In this document: positions 52,176-64,000 of the stretch, piece after piece
Layout of the letters: every line of letters starts with the position of its first letter
Numbering within the stretch: position 1 is the first letter of the stretch
Source: the human T2T-CHM13v2.0 reference genome, Homo sapiens
Strand: one strand, 5' to 3'
Length of the DNA stretch: 64,000 nucleotides
Assembly (NCBI RefSeq): GCF_009914755.1
Contig: NC_060935.1
Notes under the pieces: generated by a model
The model's input: only the letters and a program-made list of their open reading frames with translations
Database searches by the model: none
Told to the model about the DNA's origin: nothing
Position numbers and translations under genes: made by a program

Positions 52176-53585
52176 ATAGTCACTCATCCAAGGCAGAAAA
52201 AATGGAGAAATATAAGGATATGGAAAATTTAAACTACATTAACAATAAGGTAGTATTGGCATACTAGATGATAGAAAATACTTCCTCTCTTCAAGTGCCA
52301 AAAATGCTGAATTTTCACAAAACAATAAATATCTATTACATGCATAAACTCTGCAGCAAGAAAGCCTGATTTTGTTCCCAAGTTTCTCTTATCAGCTTGT
52401 ATGACCTTGAAAATTACTTAACCTTATGACTCAGTTTCCTCAACATAAAATGAAGATAGCACCTACCTCATGTGTGTAGTTGACAGTTCTATGAATTAAT
52501 ATATGCAATTTGTTAACATCAATGCTTGGGATACAATAGCATTATTGGAGTGTTTCTAGATGTAAAACTTAATAAAATACATAAAGAAATATATGAGATT
52601 CATTTACAATAGTGCTGAGGAAAATCTGCAGCCTTAAGTATTTTCTCCATCATATTCAAATAATGAAATTAACTGGATTAAACTTCTAATGTACAAGTTA
52701 GGAAAAGATAAACTGAAAGTAGTTGGAAGGAATTGATACATGTATACACAGAAATTAATGAGTTAGAATAACTGTAAAATGTATACTAAATCAACACAAA
52801 GCACCAATAATATGGATTTTTTGTTAGAAAAATTAACTTACTAGACACAAAAAATTTAAGACTAAATTTCTGTGTCTGAAATATAGAAAGAGCAGAAGAT
52901 CTGCCTATTCAAAAATGACAAGGATTAGACAAACTTGCAGAGGAATTGTGTGACATCTTCATTTCTAGTATACCTAGGCCTTTAAAATGAGAAAAAAAAT
53001 TCACATTTTAAAATAAATACATCATTGACAGAAAATCCTGATGAATTGCAGAATGAGAGAAAGTTATGGACAAAACTTATTGAGGAACATCAAGGTAAAA
53101 ATTTTAACTTAAATATTAGCTAAGAGAATCTAAATACGTTAAAAGAGTAACATATGATGACTACATGGGATTTATTGCAGGAAGGAAACAATAGTTTAAA
53201 GCAAGGAAATCTGGAAATATAACTTATCTTGTAAATATATCCAGAAGTTATATGATTATAGATGCTGATAGTCATTTGATAAAATTCAACAGTCAGTCTT
53301 GGTTTGCTCTCACCCACAAGGCAGCAATGAATCCTTCCATAAAATAAAATACAAAATTGTTTATCTAATAGTGAGATATTTTAGACCCAAGCCACCATTT
53401 TCCTTCATGTGAGGTATTTGAGGCACTTCAGTCAATAATTTATGGAATTTGCACTATTAACCACTGAAAATATTTTTAGAACTATAATTGATGGAAGGGA
53501 AGAGACAAAACTTATTTTGTTGTGGTTGCAGTTGATAAGGCTGAATGTGGGGAAAACTCAAGGAGGAGGTTAAACTTCTAAATGG

Positions 53586-55065
53586 TTTCTTTATGGTTAC
53601 CATGCTGGCTTCAACCATGGCTTCAACTTCCAGGAGGCCATGAATTTTGCCACCATGGAATAGATCAATTCAGGCAAAGTGGAGTCTCAGTGCAGTGGTG
53701 GGAAAGCCATTGTGGGCATCCTGTAACCCAAGTGCTATGACCTGTGGAAACACAGTCATTTGGGGCAGTTGCAGAACCCATGGAGTCCAGGGCACATGCC
53801 AGCCTGGAGATGCCCACCTGGTGAAAGATCCAAGTGCTGGAGAGGACTAGCCTGGCCCCAGTCACCACCCATGTCAACAGGGTCATGACCCACACAACCT
53901 ATGGCCTCAGGCTGTGGTTCCCATTGCCTTACCCTTGTGCCTGGTGTTCCCATGGCCTTTCCATCCTGCAGTGATGCTTCCCAGCCCACGAACTTAGCCT
54001 GGACCCACTGCCCACCCCAGCTATGCCAAGCCTGGTCTGAACCCCTCAACTGACAGACGTGGCCATGGTCCTTGCCCTCTGTAACTGGGGGCTCCGGAGC
54101 CAATACTCCAGGCTCCAGCCAGGAGGTGCCTCTTGATGGTCACAGGGCACACAGCTTTAGGCCCTCAGCCTCAGGCCCTGAGTCTAAGTCCTTGCCCACA
54201 GATGGAGCATTGATGAACAGGCCTGCACCACTAAGCCCAGGATCCAGCATCCTGCCAAGGATTCTAGGTGCTGCTGGGCCCCTGCCTCTGAGGCCATGGT
54301 CAGTCTTTATACCTCACTGCTCTACTAAGTGAGGGCTTCTTGATATTGCTCACATTTACATCTCAGGATTTTGGGCACATTTTCAGACCACTACAATTAT
54401 AGAGCCTTCAGTGCTGAGATAGCCCCTCTGGTGAGGCACCTGCGTGCTGCTGAGTATATTAATCATATCTTCTTTATCCTGCAAGACCTTTTAATGTCTT
54501 GACACTTCTACTTCTGTGTCACCAGCTGAGATTTCATCCACTGGACATGAATATCTCTGAGAACGAGGTCTTCCTGGGTTTGCTGGGAACTCATCTATCC
54601 CAGCGTCCCAATTGCTGGAACAACTATGGAGGCTGCTGCACTTCTGAAGAATTCACAATGTGGTTCCCCTTCAATCTCCTTCCCTTACCTACCCCTGCCC
54701 CAACTCTCCCTTTCTAGCAAAACTAGCCTTTTATGAACAATTAGGTCAGTAGAGTTAGAAAAAAGGTATCATCTTTCTGAGTCATTGAGGTATTCAAAAT
54801 GTGATGTCACCAGTATTTGTTCACAAATGAATTAAAAGTCACCAAAATGTAAGATCTGACTTTCTTTCTAATATTGTAGTTTCAAACAACTTGGAAAGGA
54901 GGTTATTCTCCATGCATTTTTCTTCATAGTTAGTTGAAAACTTTTAAAGCAAAATGTATTTTATGGGCTGGTTACATTGTGTGGTGATGCTGAGCTCAGG
55001 GCATGGTTGTGGGGTTCTGGCTGTCTGGCCAGGTGGGAGCACTGGGTTGCAGTCATACTTTGAGG
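53586..55065 (+). pseudogene. 5'-truncated KDM4D-like pseudogene with KDM4D-type 3' UTR and flank
   Basis: tatggttaccatgctggcttcaaccatggcttcaac ([12 protein letters not shown]), then frameshifts and deletions; TDGALMNRPAPLSPG; homology to KDM4D continues to gggttgcagtcat (22700 vs 55045). Confidence 0.9.
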
Positions 55066-57399
55066 CTGGCCTTATGCCCAGCCTGGTTCTCAGCTAAATA
55101 GCAGGACCCAAATTGCTGGGAAAGATGAGCAGCCCTAGGGTGAAGGTGCCATTATCTGACTATCTTCTCTCCCCGGGCTCCACTGCCTTTTCAAAGCTGT
55201 GTGTAGCTTTCACACTGATAACTCATTCACTCAACCCAATATCGTCCCCAAATAAGTGAGCAAGGTTTCAATCAGGAATGTGTGCTGTATAGAAACTAAA
55301 GAAGGATTGGACAACAGAGCAGAATGAGCTGGGGCTGGCTGAGTGGCCAGTCTCAGAAGGATTCACTGAGCAGGAGACTTTGGGGACACAATTACAAAAT
55401 GGGGAGGTCCAGAGCAGAATTCTCCACTTGCAGGGACCAGCAAGTACAACAGACCTAGCATAGAATGTGGTGAGTTTGTGTTTCCAGGAAAACAAAAGAA
55501 GCTTATTTGTGTCTGGGACACAGAGAGGAAGGGAGAGAGGCAGGGGGCAGAATATGGAGGGCCTTGTGTCCCATGTCAGGTGCATTATGTGGTGTTCCTT
55601 CAACTTGAAATAAGGAGGCATTAAAACAGCAGCGGAAAAGATGTGAATGACATATTTAAGTAATCAGCTTAGTTGTTCTGTGGAGAATGTGTGAGTAGGA
55701 GAAGCAATTAGACTATTTATAATAAAAGTGAGAGTGACAGTTGCTTACACTTAATTGTTAGTATTGCAAATGCACAGAAATGGAAAAATTCAGAATATAT
55801 TATTCACATTGAAAATGATAGTTTTGATGAAGAAGGAAACATTCAGAGAAGCAAACCACTCCTCACCTTAGTACCACCCTTCCTTAACTTCCCCACTCCC
55901 ATCCAGAATTTCAGGAAGGCTGTAAATTTTGAAGCATGAGTAATAAAAACCTGGTGCTTGTCTAAAGTTCTCAATAAAGAGCAGAAAAACTCTTATCATC
56001 CTGTCTCTCCCATTCATTCAGGCAACTTTGTCTTTCTTAACATAACAAGAAGTTTATTCTTTGGAAAATTCAAGCTGAGGGAAAACATAGGGTCTCCAGG
56101 CATACAGGAGGATGGACTGAGATGCCTGGCTGAAAGGGGATTTAAGCTAATAGTGACATGGTGGAACCAAAGATGAAAGTACACTGCATTCACTGGAAGG
56201 GAGTAGCCCAAGAGAACTGTTGATCCCTGAGTACATCCTGCATGACCAAGGAATGAAATTTTATGTGATAGATAAAAGCCTCATTGGCCCTGGAGTGCAG
56301 TAGGCAGACAGCCTTCAGCTGCAGAGAGCTGCCTCACCCAAAGCCATGCCTCTTCCCAGTTTGGCCCACATCTCATGACTGTTCAGTGCTGGAGCATTAA
56401 TCTTGGCCATCTTTGCTCAACTTAGCACATTGCTGAAGGGCCATTTGTGCTACAGATTTGCCGAGAGTATCTTTGGCCCTAATCCTCAGCTCCAATTTTC
56501 CCTGTGCTCAAACATGCTTCCTTCCTCTCCTTTTCTCAGATATGGATCCCAAGCACACTTGTTAAGAAAGATCTTGGTGCTGAAGTCTGTTCCATAACGG
56601 ACTTGACCTACAACTTTACTTCAGGTTTCATTGTGTTTCAAAAGCCTAATTTTCTTGAGAGAATAAAGAGTACTCACCCCTACGGAAATCATAGTTCTTT
56701 GCATGGTTATTTAGTGATGTGAGGAGATAGGAATGGCCACATGAGAATTTCAGCTTTTAATTTATGGAATTATTGTTGTGACCCCTGGTGAAAACATGTC
56801 CCTTTGAATGTCATAAGTCACAAGGGCAAGAAGCAAATATCTTGCCATTGGCATGATGAATCAATACCAGTTTTACTCCTGGATTAACTGGAACCATGTA
56901 CTCTGTTCTGAGCAAAACAGTATCATGTTCAGAGCAAGTGACTCTCACATACATTGCTTGTGGGAATGTTACATTATACAGCCCCACTGAAAAACTGTTT
57001 GTTAATGTTCTGTAAACTTGACCACTTATCTATCCATAGCCATTCTCTTCCTGAGTATTTACCCAACCATTAGAAATCAGGAACTGTGAATAATCCACGT
57101 GTCTGAACAGATGAGTGGAAAAACTATAGCATATTAAATAGTATTCAGTTATAAAAAGCAATGATTCATTTTATATTCATTCCAAAAAAAAAAAAAAGGC
57201 CAAAATAAGCTGTGCTCATAGAACTTAGGTCATGGTTGCCTCTGGTGAGAGTGGGAATTAACTGGAAAGTTCTAGGCATGTGAGAATGTTGTGGGGCTAT
57301 GGGAATGTTCTGCATCTCATTTAGAGTGATGATTACATGGGTGTATATAAGTTTAAACTGGAGGAATTGGCAGAGCAAGATAGTATAATAGAAGGCTCT

Positions 57400-58418
57400 A
57401 AATCAGATTTAGTCTGCCTTATATCAAATGGATCTAATAGATATTGACAGGACACTTCATCCACCAGTTGTAAAATACAGATTCTTTTCCTCAGCACATG
57501 GATCATTCTCAAGAATAGACCACATGTTAGGTAACAAAATACAACTTAAAAAGTTCAAAAATTCAAATAATACCAAGCATCTTCTCTGGACACAGTGGAA
57601 TAAAACTAGAAATAAAAATAAGAGGAATTTTGGAAATTACACAAACACATACAAATTAACCAATATGCACCTGAATCTCCAGTAGGTCAATGATGAAATT
57701 AAGAAGGAAATTGAGGAATTTCCTGAAACAAATCATAATGGAAACACAATATATTAAAACCTATAGGATACAGTAAAAGCAGTACTAACATGGAAGTTTA
57801 TAGCTATAAGTCCCTACATCAAAAAAGAGGAGAAACTTAAAATAAACCACCTAATGATGACTCTTAAAGAAGTAGAAAGGTAAGAACAAAAATAATCCAA
57901 AATTAGTAGAAGAAAAGAAATAACAAAGATCAGAGCAGAAATTAATGAAATCAAAATGAGGAAAACAATGCAAAAGATCACTGAAACAAAGTTGTTTTGA
58001 AAAGTTAAACCAAATTGAGAAACCTTTAGCTGACTAAGAAAAAGAGACAGAAGATCTAAATCAATAAAATCAGAAATGAAAAGGCAGGCATTGCAATAGA
58101 TGCTGCAGAAATTCAAAGTATCATTAGTGGCTACTATGAGCAACTATATGGCAATAAGTTGAAAAACCTAGAAGAAATGCACAAGTTGCTAGACACATAC
58201 AACCTACCAAGATAGAACGAGGAAGAAATTCAAAACCTGAATAGACCAATAACAAATAATGAGATCCAAGCTGTAATAAAAAGTCTCCCAGTAAATTAAA
58301 GCTGAGGATCCGATGGCTTCACTGCTAAATTCCACCAAACATTTAAAGAAGAACTCATACCAGTCCTACTCAAGCTATTCTGAAAAGCAGAGGAAGAGGA
58401 ATTACTTACAAACTCATT
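57400..58418 (+). mobile_element. L1 ORF2 fragment (endonuclease C-terminus onward)
   Basis: Translation MDLIDIDRTLHP..FFSSAHGSFSRIDHMLG; gacacatacaacctaccaaga. Confidence 0.9.
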
Positions 58419-59573
58419 TTATTTTTTTTCTGAATATTTTTGACCTATAGTTGGTTGAATTCACTGATGCTGAGCCCAGAGGTTACAGAAGGCTGCCTGT
58501 ATTCTATGACGAGGGATCCATTCACAGATAAGAGGACACATGAGCTCCAGTATACATGTCCAAGCGTGTTCTGAGCAACACTGTAAGAGGCCAAAGTGGA
58601 AACAATCCAAATGCCATCAACAGCAGAAACATTTATACTATTGGACACCTTACAGCAGGCAACAGGACCAAGTACAGATACACAGAACAACATAGATGAG
58701 GGAAATAAAACAAACAAAAAAACCATTAAACTGCATAAAGCAAAATTCTACTTATATAAGGTTATATAACATTTTCAAAATGAGCAACATTTTAGTAAAT
58801 TTATTTAGAATTCTTCTGCAGAGGGGTTTTGTCTCTTCTCTCCAATTTGTTAAATTTACTCATTTATTCATAACAGCATGAACTCGCAGGTATTTATTTT
58901 ATTCTTTGGATTATAATTCAATAATATTTTAGTTATTCTGTTGCTTAACTTGTTTAAGATTTGGCCATTGGGAGCTGTTTTCATTGGTTCTTGTGCTCTT
59001 CTAATATAACCCCATAAATGTTCTAACATAACCTCATCAATACTTTTGTTTGTTTTGTGTTTACCACATTCTTATTTTCCAACATTCCAAGATGGCTATA
59101 GGCTCTTTCTATATTTCCTGCACAGGTCTAGAAACTTTATTTCTTCATAAGTATTGCCACACCTTTTTTTTTTAACATTATCAGATTGCAGTTTTATTAA
59201 TCATCTTTAGTCTAGATTGCCTTTTGTTTATAATTCTATCATTGTTTTAATATTTTATGTTATTTGTTTTTACTTACTAATTGCTGGATTTCAACACAAA
59301 GATTTATAGGTTTTTAGAAAATATGGATATTAATTTTCAAATAAATATAGTCAGATTAAGTTTTTAAATTTTTGACCTTTAATTTTATTTCAACAAGGTC
59401 AAGATTATGCTCAATTTATTAACTTATGGAATTGTAACTGATATTTATTTGTAGCTGCACTGGGAAATTTTTGTAAATGTGTTCTACATATTGAAAAGCA
59501 TTTTCCATTTGGTTTTTGGTAGTTGCAGGTTACAATGATCACAGTTGTTAAGTTTGTTTGGCAAATTCTATAG

Positions 59574-59887
<314 letters not shown>

Positions 59888-60313
59888 AAATTATATAGGA
59901 TTCCTAACTTTGTTCTCTGCACTATTGGTTTCGATTAAAATGCTGTTACATTAAAAAAAAACCAACATCTCCTATGATGATGGCAGACTTTTCAGTTTTA
60001 CCATCTAAGTCTGAGTCTTGGCTCTCTATGGTCAGTGCCATGTGGTTAGGTGCATAAAGTTCATTACTGTAATATTGTAATATTTTCCTATGAAATTTCT
60101 TTTCATTAACTATAAAATGTGCTTCTTTGATCCTATCAATACACTGGATATTAATATTGCTACCCTAGGTTTCTTTTGTTTAATATTTGTTTGGATTGCC
60201 TGTTCCCATAAATTGACTTTTAATCACTTAGCGTTGTTTTAAGATTGATTTAAAATGTAGAATAAAAGGGAAGGTTATGGGAGGGTGGGACGTCTAATGT
60301 AAACCCAGCCCAG

Positions 60314-60365
60314 TGATTACATTGGCTGGGCGCTGATTAGGTTAGGATGTTGCCCAGGTATAAAG
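60314..60365 (+). promoter_or_regulatory. Paralogous DUX4-motif/TATA promoter upstream of the SRSF retrocopy
   Basis: TGATTACATTG (60314-60324), TGATTAGGTTA (60334-60344, rc TAACCTAATCA) and TATAAAG (60359-60365); spacing identical to 41834-41885. Confidence 0.75.
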
Positions 60366-60626
60366 CCAGGATCTTCGGGACCTGGCTTCATTTGGAGTTC
60401 AGCTACCAAGAGGAAACCTTCCTCTGGGTCCTGGAGTATTCGGCCTGAAATTGGGAATTTGGGAATTGCTGCTCTAGAGCGCTCCCTGCGGAGCTCGGCC
60501 GCCCGCCTCTCCCCCAGGTCTCTCCTGGCGTCCCCACGCGGGGCGCAACCGCAAGAGAGGAACGCAGGTCGCCCCACCAGCGCCCAGTGCCGCGCCAGTT
60601 TCCAGGCCCGGGCTGCTCTCGGAGCC

Positions 60627-61493
60627 ATGAGCTGCGGCCGCCCCCCTCCCGACGTGGATGGCATGATCACCCTCAAGGTGGACAACCTGACCTACCGCAC
60701 CTCTCCCGACAGCTTGAGGCGCGTGTTCGAGAAGTACGGGCGCGTGGGCGACGTGTACATCCCGCTGGAGCCCCACACCAAGGCGCCCCGGGGCTTCGCC
60801 TTCGTCCGCTTTCACGACCGGAGCGACGCGCAAGACGCCGAGGCCGCCATGGACGGGGCGGTGCTGGACGAACGCGAGCTGCGTGTGCGGATGGCGCGCT
60901 ATGGCCGCCGGGACCTGCCTCGCAGCAGCCAGGAAGAGCCACGCGGCAGGTCCTGGGGCGGCCGCTACGGACGGCGGAGCGGCAGCCCCAGGGGGCGACA
61001 CCGCAGCCAATCCCGGGGTCCCAGCTACTCTAGGTCCCGCAGCAGATCTCACTATGGGGGGTCTCGCTATAGCCTGTCTATCTACAGGAGATCTCGCTAC
61101 AGCCGATCTCCCTACAGACGATCTCATTACAGGGGATCTCGCTACGGCCGATCTCCCTACAGTCGATCTTACAGCCGGCATCACTACAGCCGATCTCCCT
61201 ACAGGGAATCTCGCTACAGGAGGTCTCCCTACATCCGGTCTTCCCGCAGCAGGTCTCCCTACCGCCGCTCTCACTCGAAGTCTGGGTCTCACTCTGCATC
61301 TCCATCAACCTCCAAATCCAGCTCTCCGTGAAGATCCAAGTCCTCCTCCATCTCCAGATCTTGCTCATGGTCCAGGTCTAGATCTACGTCCGGGAGTCCT
61401 CCCCCGACATCCAAGAGGGAATCCAAGTCCAGGTCGCGATCCAAGAGTCCTCCCAAGTCTCCTGAAGGGGAAAAAGGACAAGTGCCCTCCTAG
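60627..61493 (+). pseudogene. SRSF8BP: SRSF2-derived processed retrocopy, SRSF8 paralog; 234-aa ORF (60627-61331: RRM plus most of the RS domain) with premature TGA, ancestral stop at 61491-61493
   Basis: [24 protein letters not shown]1 RGFAFVRF, intronless; differs from SRSF8 as I recall it (PLEPH, DRSDA, VLDERE), so the symbol is inferred; frame continues after TGA to [18 protein letters not shown]. Confidence 0.8.
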
Positions 61494-62834
61494 GAAAATG
61501 ATCATCAGCTAACGCGTGATGGAGGACTTGGGGAAAAGGACTCCATACTCAGTCCATGGAAGCAGAGTCACTGGAAGAAGCGACTGCGTAATGAAACGGT
61601 TGGGTGATATTTGTCTACCTGTTTTACCAGTTTGAAGCGTTGCATCAGATGGCAAGATTCATTTTATGTGCCATTTTTTTGTTTTCAAATTTTCTTGTAA
61701 TTTAGTGAGGTGAATGACTTTAGATTGGATTTGGGTATTAGAGGGGAAAATTTATATTTGTCTTTTTTGCTTGTTTTTTATTTTTGAGATGTAGTCGAGC
61801 TCTGCTGCCCACGCTGGAGTGCAGTGGCGCCATCTGCATCTTCCACCTCCTGGGTTCAAGCAATTCTCAGGCCTCAGCCTCTGGAGTAGCTGGAATTACA
61901 GACGCCAGCCACCACGGAGGGCTAATTGTTGGATTTTTGGATTTTTAGTAGAGACGGGGTTTCGCCATGTTGGCCAGCCTGCCCTCAAACTCCTGGGCTC
62001 AAGTGATCTGCTCACCTTGGCCTCCTAAAGTTCTGCGATTACAGGTGTGAGCCTCTTCGCCCAGCGTGTATTTGATTCTATAGTGCTGATATTTTTGGTT
62101 TGAAATGAACAGGTTGGTAACCTAATTTGTGGCCTCCTGTCTCTTAAGAAATGTGTGCAGCCATTACACACAGCCGAACGCTGTCACGGCATTGCCTCAA
62201 AACTGCCTTCATTCCTTAAAGTTAAAAACTTACAAAAGGCGGTATAAATGTATATGTGTAATGTTATTACCTTTATATCTAACTGGTAATATGACCCAAA
62301 TTTGTATAAAGATTTTTCAGGTGAAAAGACCGGGTTTTGAGCAAACACAATTCTAATCTCTTCTGTGTTTTTGTGTACCAGGCCCGGCTGCATAGCAGTT
62401 GAGTGATGCTGGTTAGCTGTTAAGGTGGCCTGTTGCAGTGCAGAGTGCTGAGCTGTTTCCTGTTTTCTTCTGATTGCTCCTGAAAAAAGAAGCCCTGTCC
62501 TGAAGAACAAATGGCTGTTCAGTTTATTAAAATGCCTGTCAACTGCCCTTCCAGTCACCCAGGCCTGGAAGAGAAATAATAGAGCATGCAGTGAGCACAT
62601 CTAGCTGATATGATAATCACACCTCTTCCCCCTCCCTATTCTGTTAAATGGCAAATCTGATCATGTCAACATACATGAACTTAAAATATGGGGAATGTTA
62701 TGGAAGAAATGGTTTGTAACTGTAGGTACTTACAACATGGTGTATGTTTTTGATTATGAATATTTCTTACTATAACCGTGTTTCTATCATTGAATTAAAA
62801 TGTTTTCTTGGTGTTACCTTTTCTCAAAATAAAA
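61494..62834 (+). other. SRSF2-type 3' UTR of the retrocopy with poly(A) signal and tail remnant; antisense Alu at ~61762-62065
   Basis: SRSF2-UTR-like segments (gtgtgcagccattacacacagcc, gctggttagctgttaaggtggc); ATTAAA at 62794-62799; aaaataaaa at 62826-62834. Confidence 0.75.
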
Positions 62835-63454
62835 CTAGAAATATTTTGTAGAAAGTTGGTGGTTTTATTTTGCTGTTGGATACTTTCTGCTATTTGTACT
62901 TTTGGGAAAATTATGTTACCAAGTTTCTCATAGGATTCAATTATAATTAAAAAAAACTCTACAAGGTTTAGCTATGTGCTTTATTATTTTATCACAATGT
63001 AGTTTCTTTGTACACTCTTTCTTTCCTCTTCCTCCCTGTGATTTTTAACTTCTAAAGGTCTTTTCAAAGAATCAGATTTTGATTTTCGTTATTACCTATA
63101 CTGGGTGTAATATTTTCTTTTGTAATTGTTTCTGCTTATACCTTTATTTTCTTTCCTTTATTTTAATTCATCCCGCTTACTGAGTTGAGTGCTAAATTCA
63201 ATCATTTTTGAACTTGCTGATTTTTTTCTTTCAGTTCAATTAGATACTCCTCTTTATATATGTTATGATTTGACCTTGAATCCTGATATTAACACACCAT
63301 ACCAATCTGCCATAATCGATCCATCCTGGGTGGTGGAACTGATGGCCTCTGTACAGTTAAAGCTGTGGTTGAAGCCTGCGTGGCGTCACTAAGTTACTAA
63401 GGTAGCTTAAATCTCAGCATTTTGTTTGTCACACATTTGTCTTCAAATATTCTG

Positions 63455-64000
63455 AAATATACTGGACTCGACCACACCAGACGTTTGAAGATTTGGAAAG
63501 AAAATACCGGAAGAACCTCAGCCTCCTATTTGATGAAAACAGTAAATAATGTAATCCTGGACACGTAGGAACAATTCAGGACTTTCTGGAGCAGGAATAT
63601 GAGGTTTTCATCGAAGAGAGTGTCAACACACCCTACCTGTACTTTGGCAATGTGGATGACCACCTTTCCATAGCTCATGGAGGACATGGACCTTTACATC
63701 AACTACCATCACTTCAGAGAGCCCCTATATTGGTACGCAGTGCCCCAAAACCATAGTTGGCACCTGGAATGCTCAGTCAGGGAGCTTTTCCAGGTAGTTC
63801 TCAGGGTTATGAGGCCTTCCTGTGGCACTAGATGGCCCTCATCGTGCCCACCGTGCTCATGCAGAATGGGATTCCCTTCAATAGCATGAGTCAGGAGGCT
63901 GGAGAGTTCACAGTGACATTTCCCTATGACTACAACACAGGCTTCAACTGCAAAGAGGCCATCAATTTAACCACCCAGGATGGGTAGATTATGGCAATAT
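63455..64000 (+). pseudogene. KDM4D-like pseudogene (JmjC region), runs off the window end
   Basis: ccacaccagacgtttgaagatttggaaagaaaatac, gtcaacacaccctacctgtactttggc, MEDMDLY; multiple stops and frameshifts; JmjN missing. Confidence 0.9.

Noticed and set aside
60459-60626. 56-aa N-terminal extension of the SRSF ORF, and overlapping 272/209/148-aa ORFs
   Set aside because: TTG start in a GC-rich 5' UTR; the long alternative frames reflect GC richness and repeats

Overview
Mammalian genomic DNA, almost certainly human (Alu, L1 and HERV-H content; the proteins match human KDM4D and KDM4E, so this is the 11q21 KDM4D/E cluster). It holds two intact single-exon JmjN/JmjC H3K9 demethylase CDSs: KDM4D (20385-21956) and KDM4E (48595-50115). 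It also holds three decayed KDM4D-like copies (~34.9k, ~53.6k, ~63.45k), an SRSF2-derived retrocopy related to SRSF8 with a premature stop (60627-61331), an antisense HERV-H provirus with both LTRs, an older ERV1 provirus, a tailless U2 fragment and many Alu/L1/L2/MaLR repeats. The main structural reading is a tandem array of an old duplicated cassette: upstream block, promoter with paired DUX4-type motifs and a TATA box, short noncoding exon, intron, KDM4 exon. In one copy the promoter sits 6.7 kb upstream of KDM4E with HERV-H in the intron. In a second, an SRSF2 mRNA retroposed into exon 1 and appears to have captured the promoter while the KDM4 gene behind it decayed. In a third, the promoter was deleted. 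A separate DUX4-motif cluster lies at 1.15-1.65 kb. All alignments were made by eye, and repeat boundaries and subfamily names are approximate.
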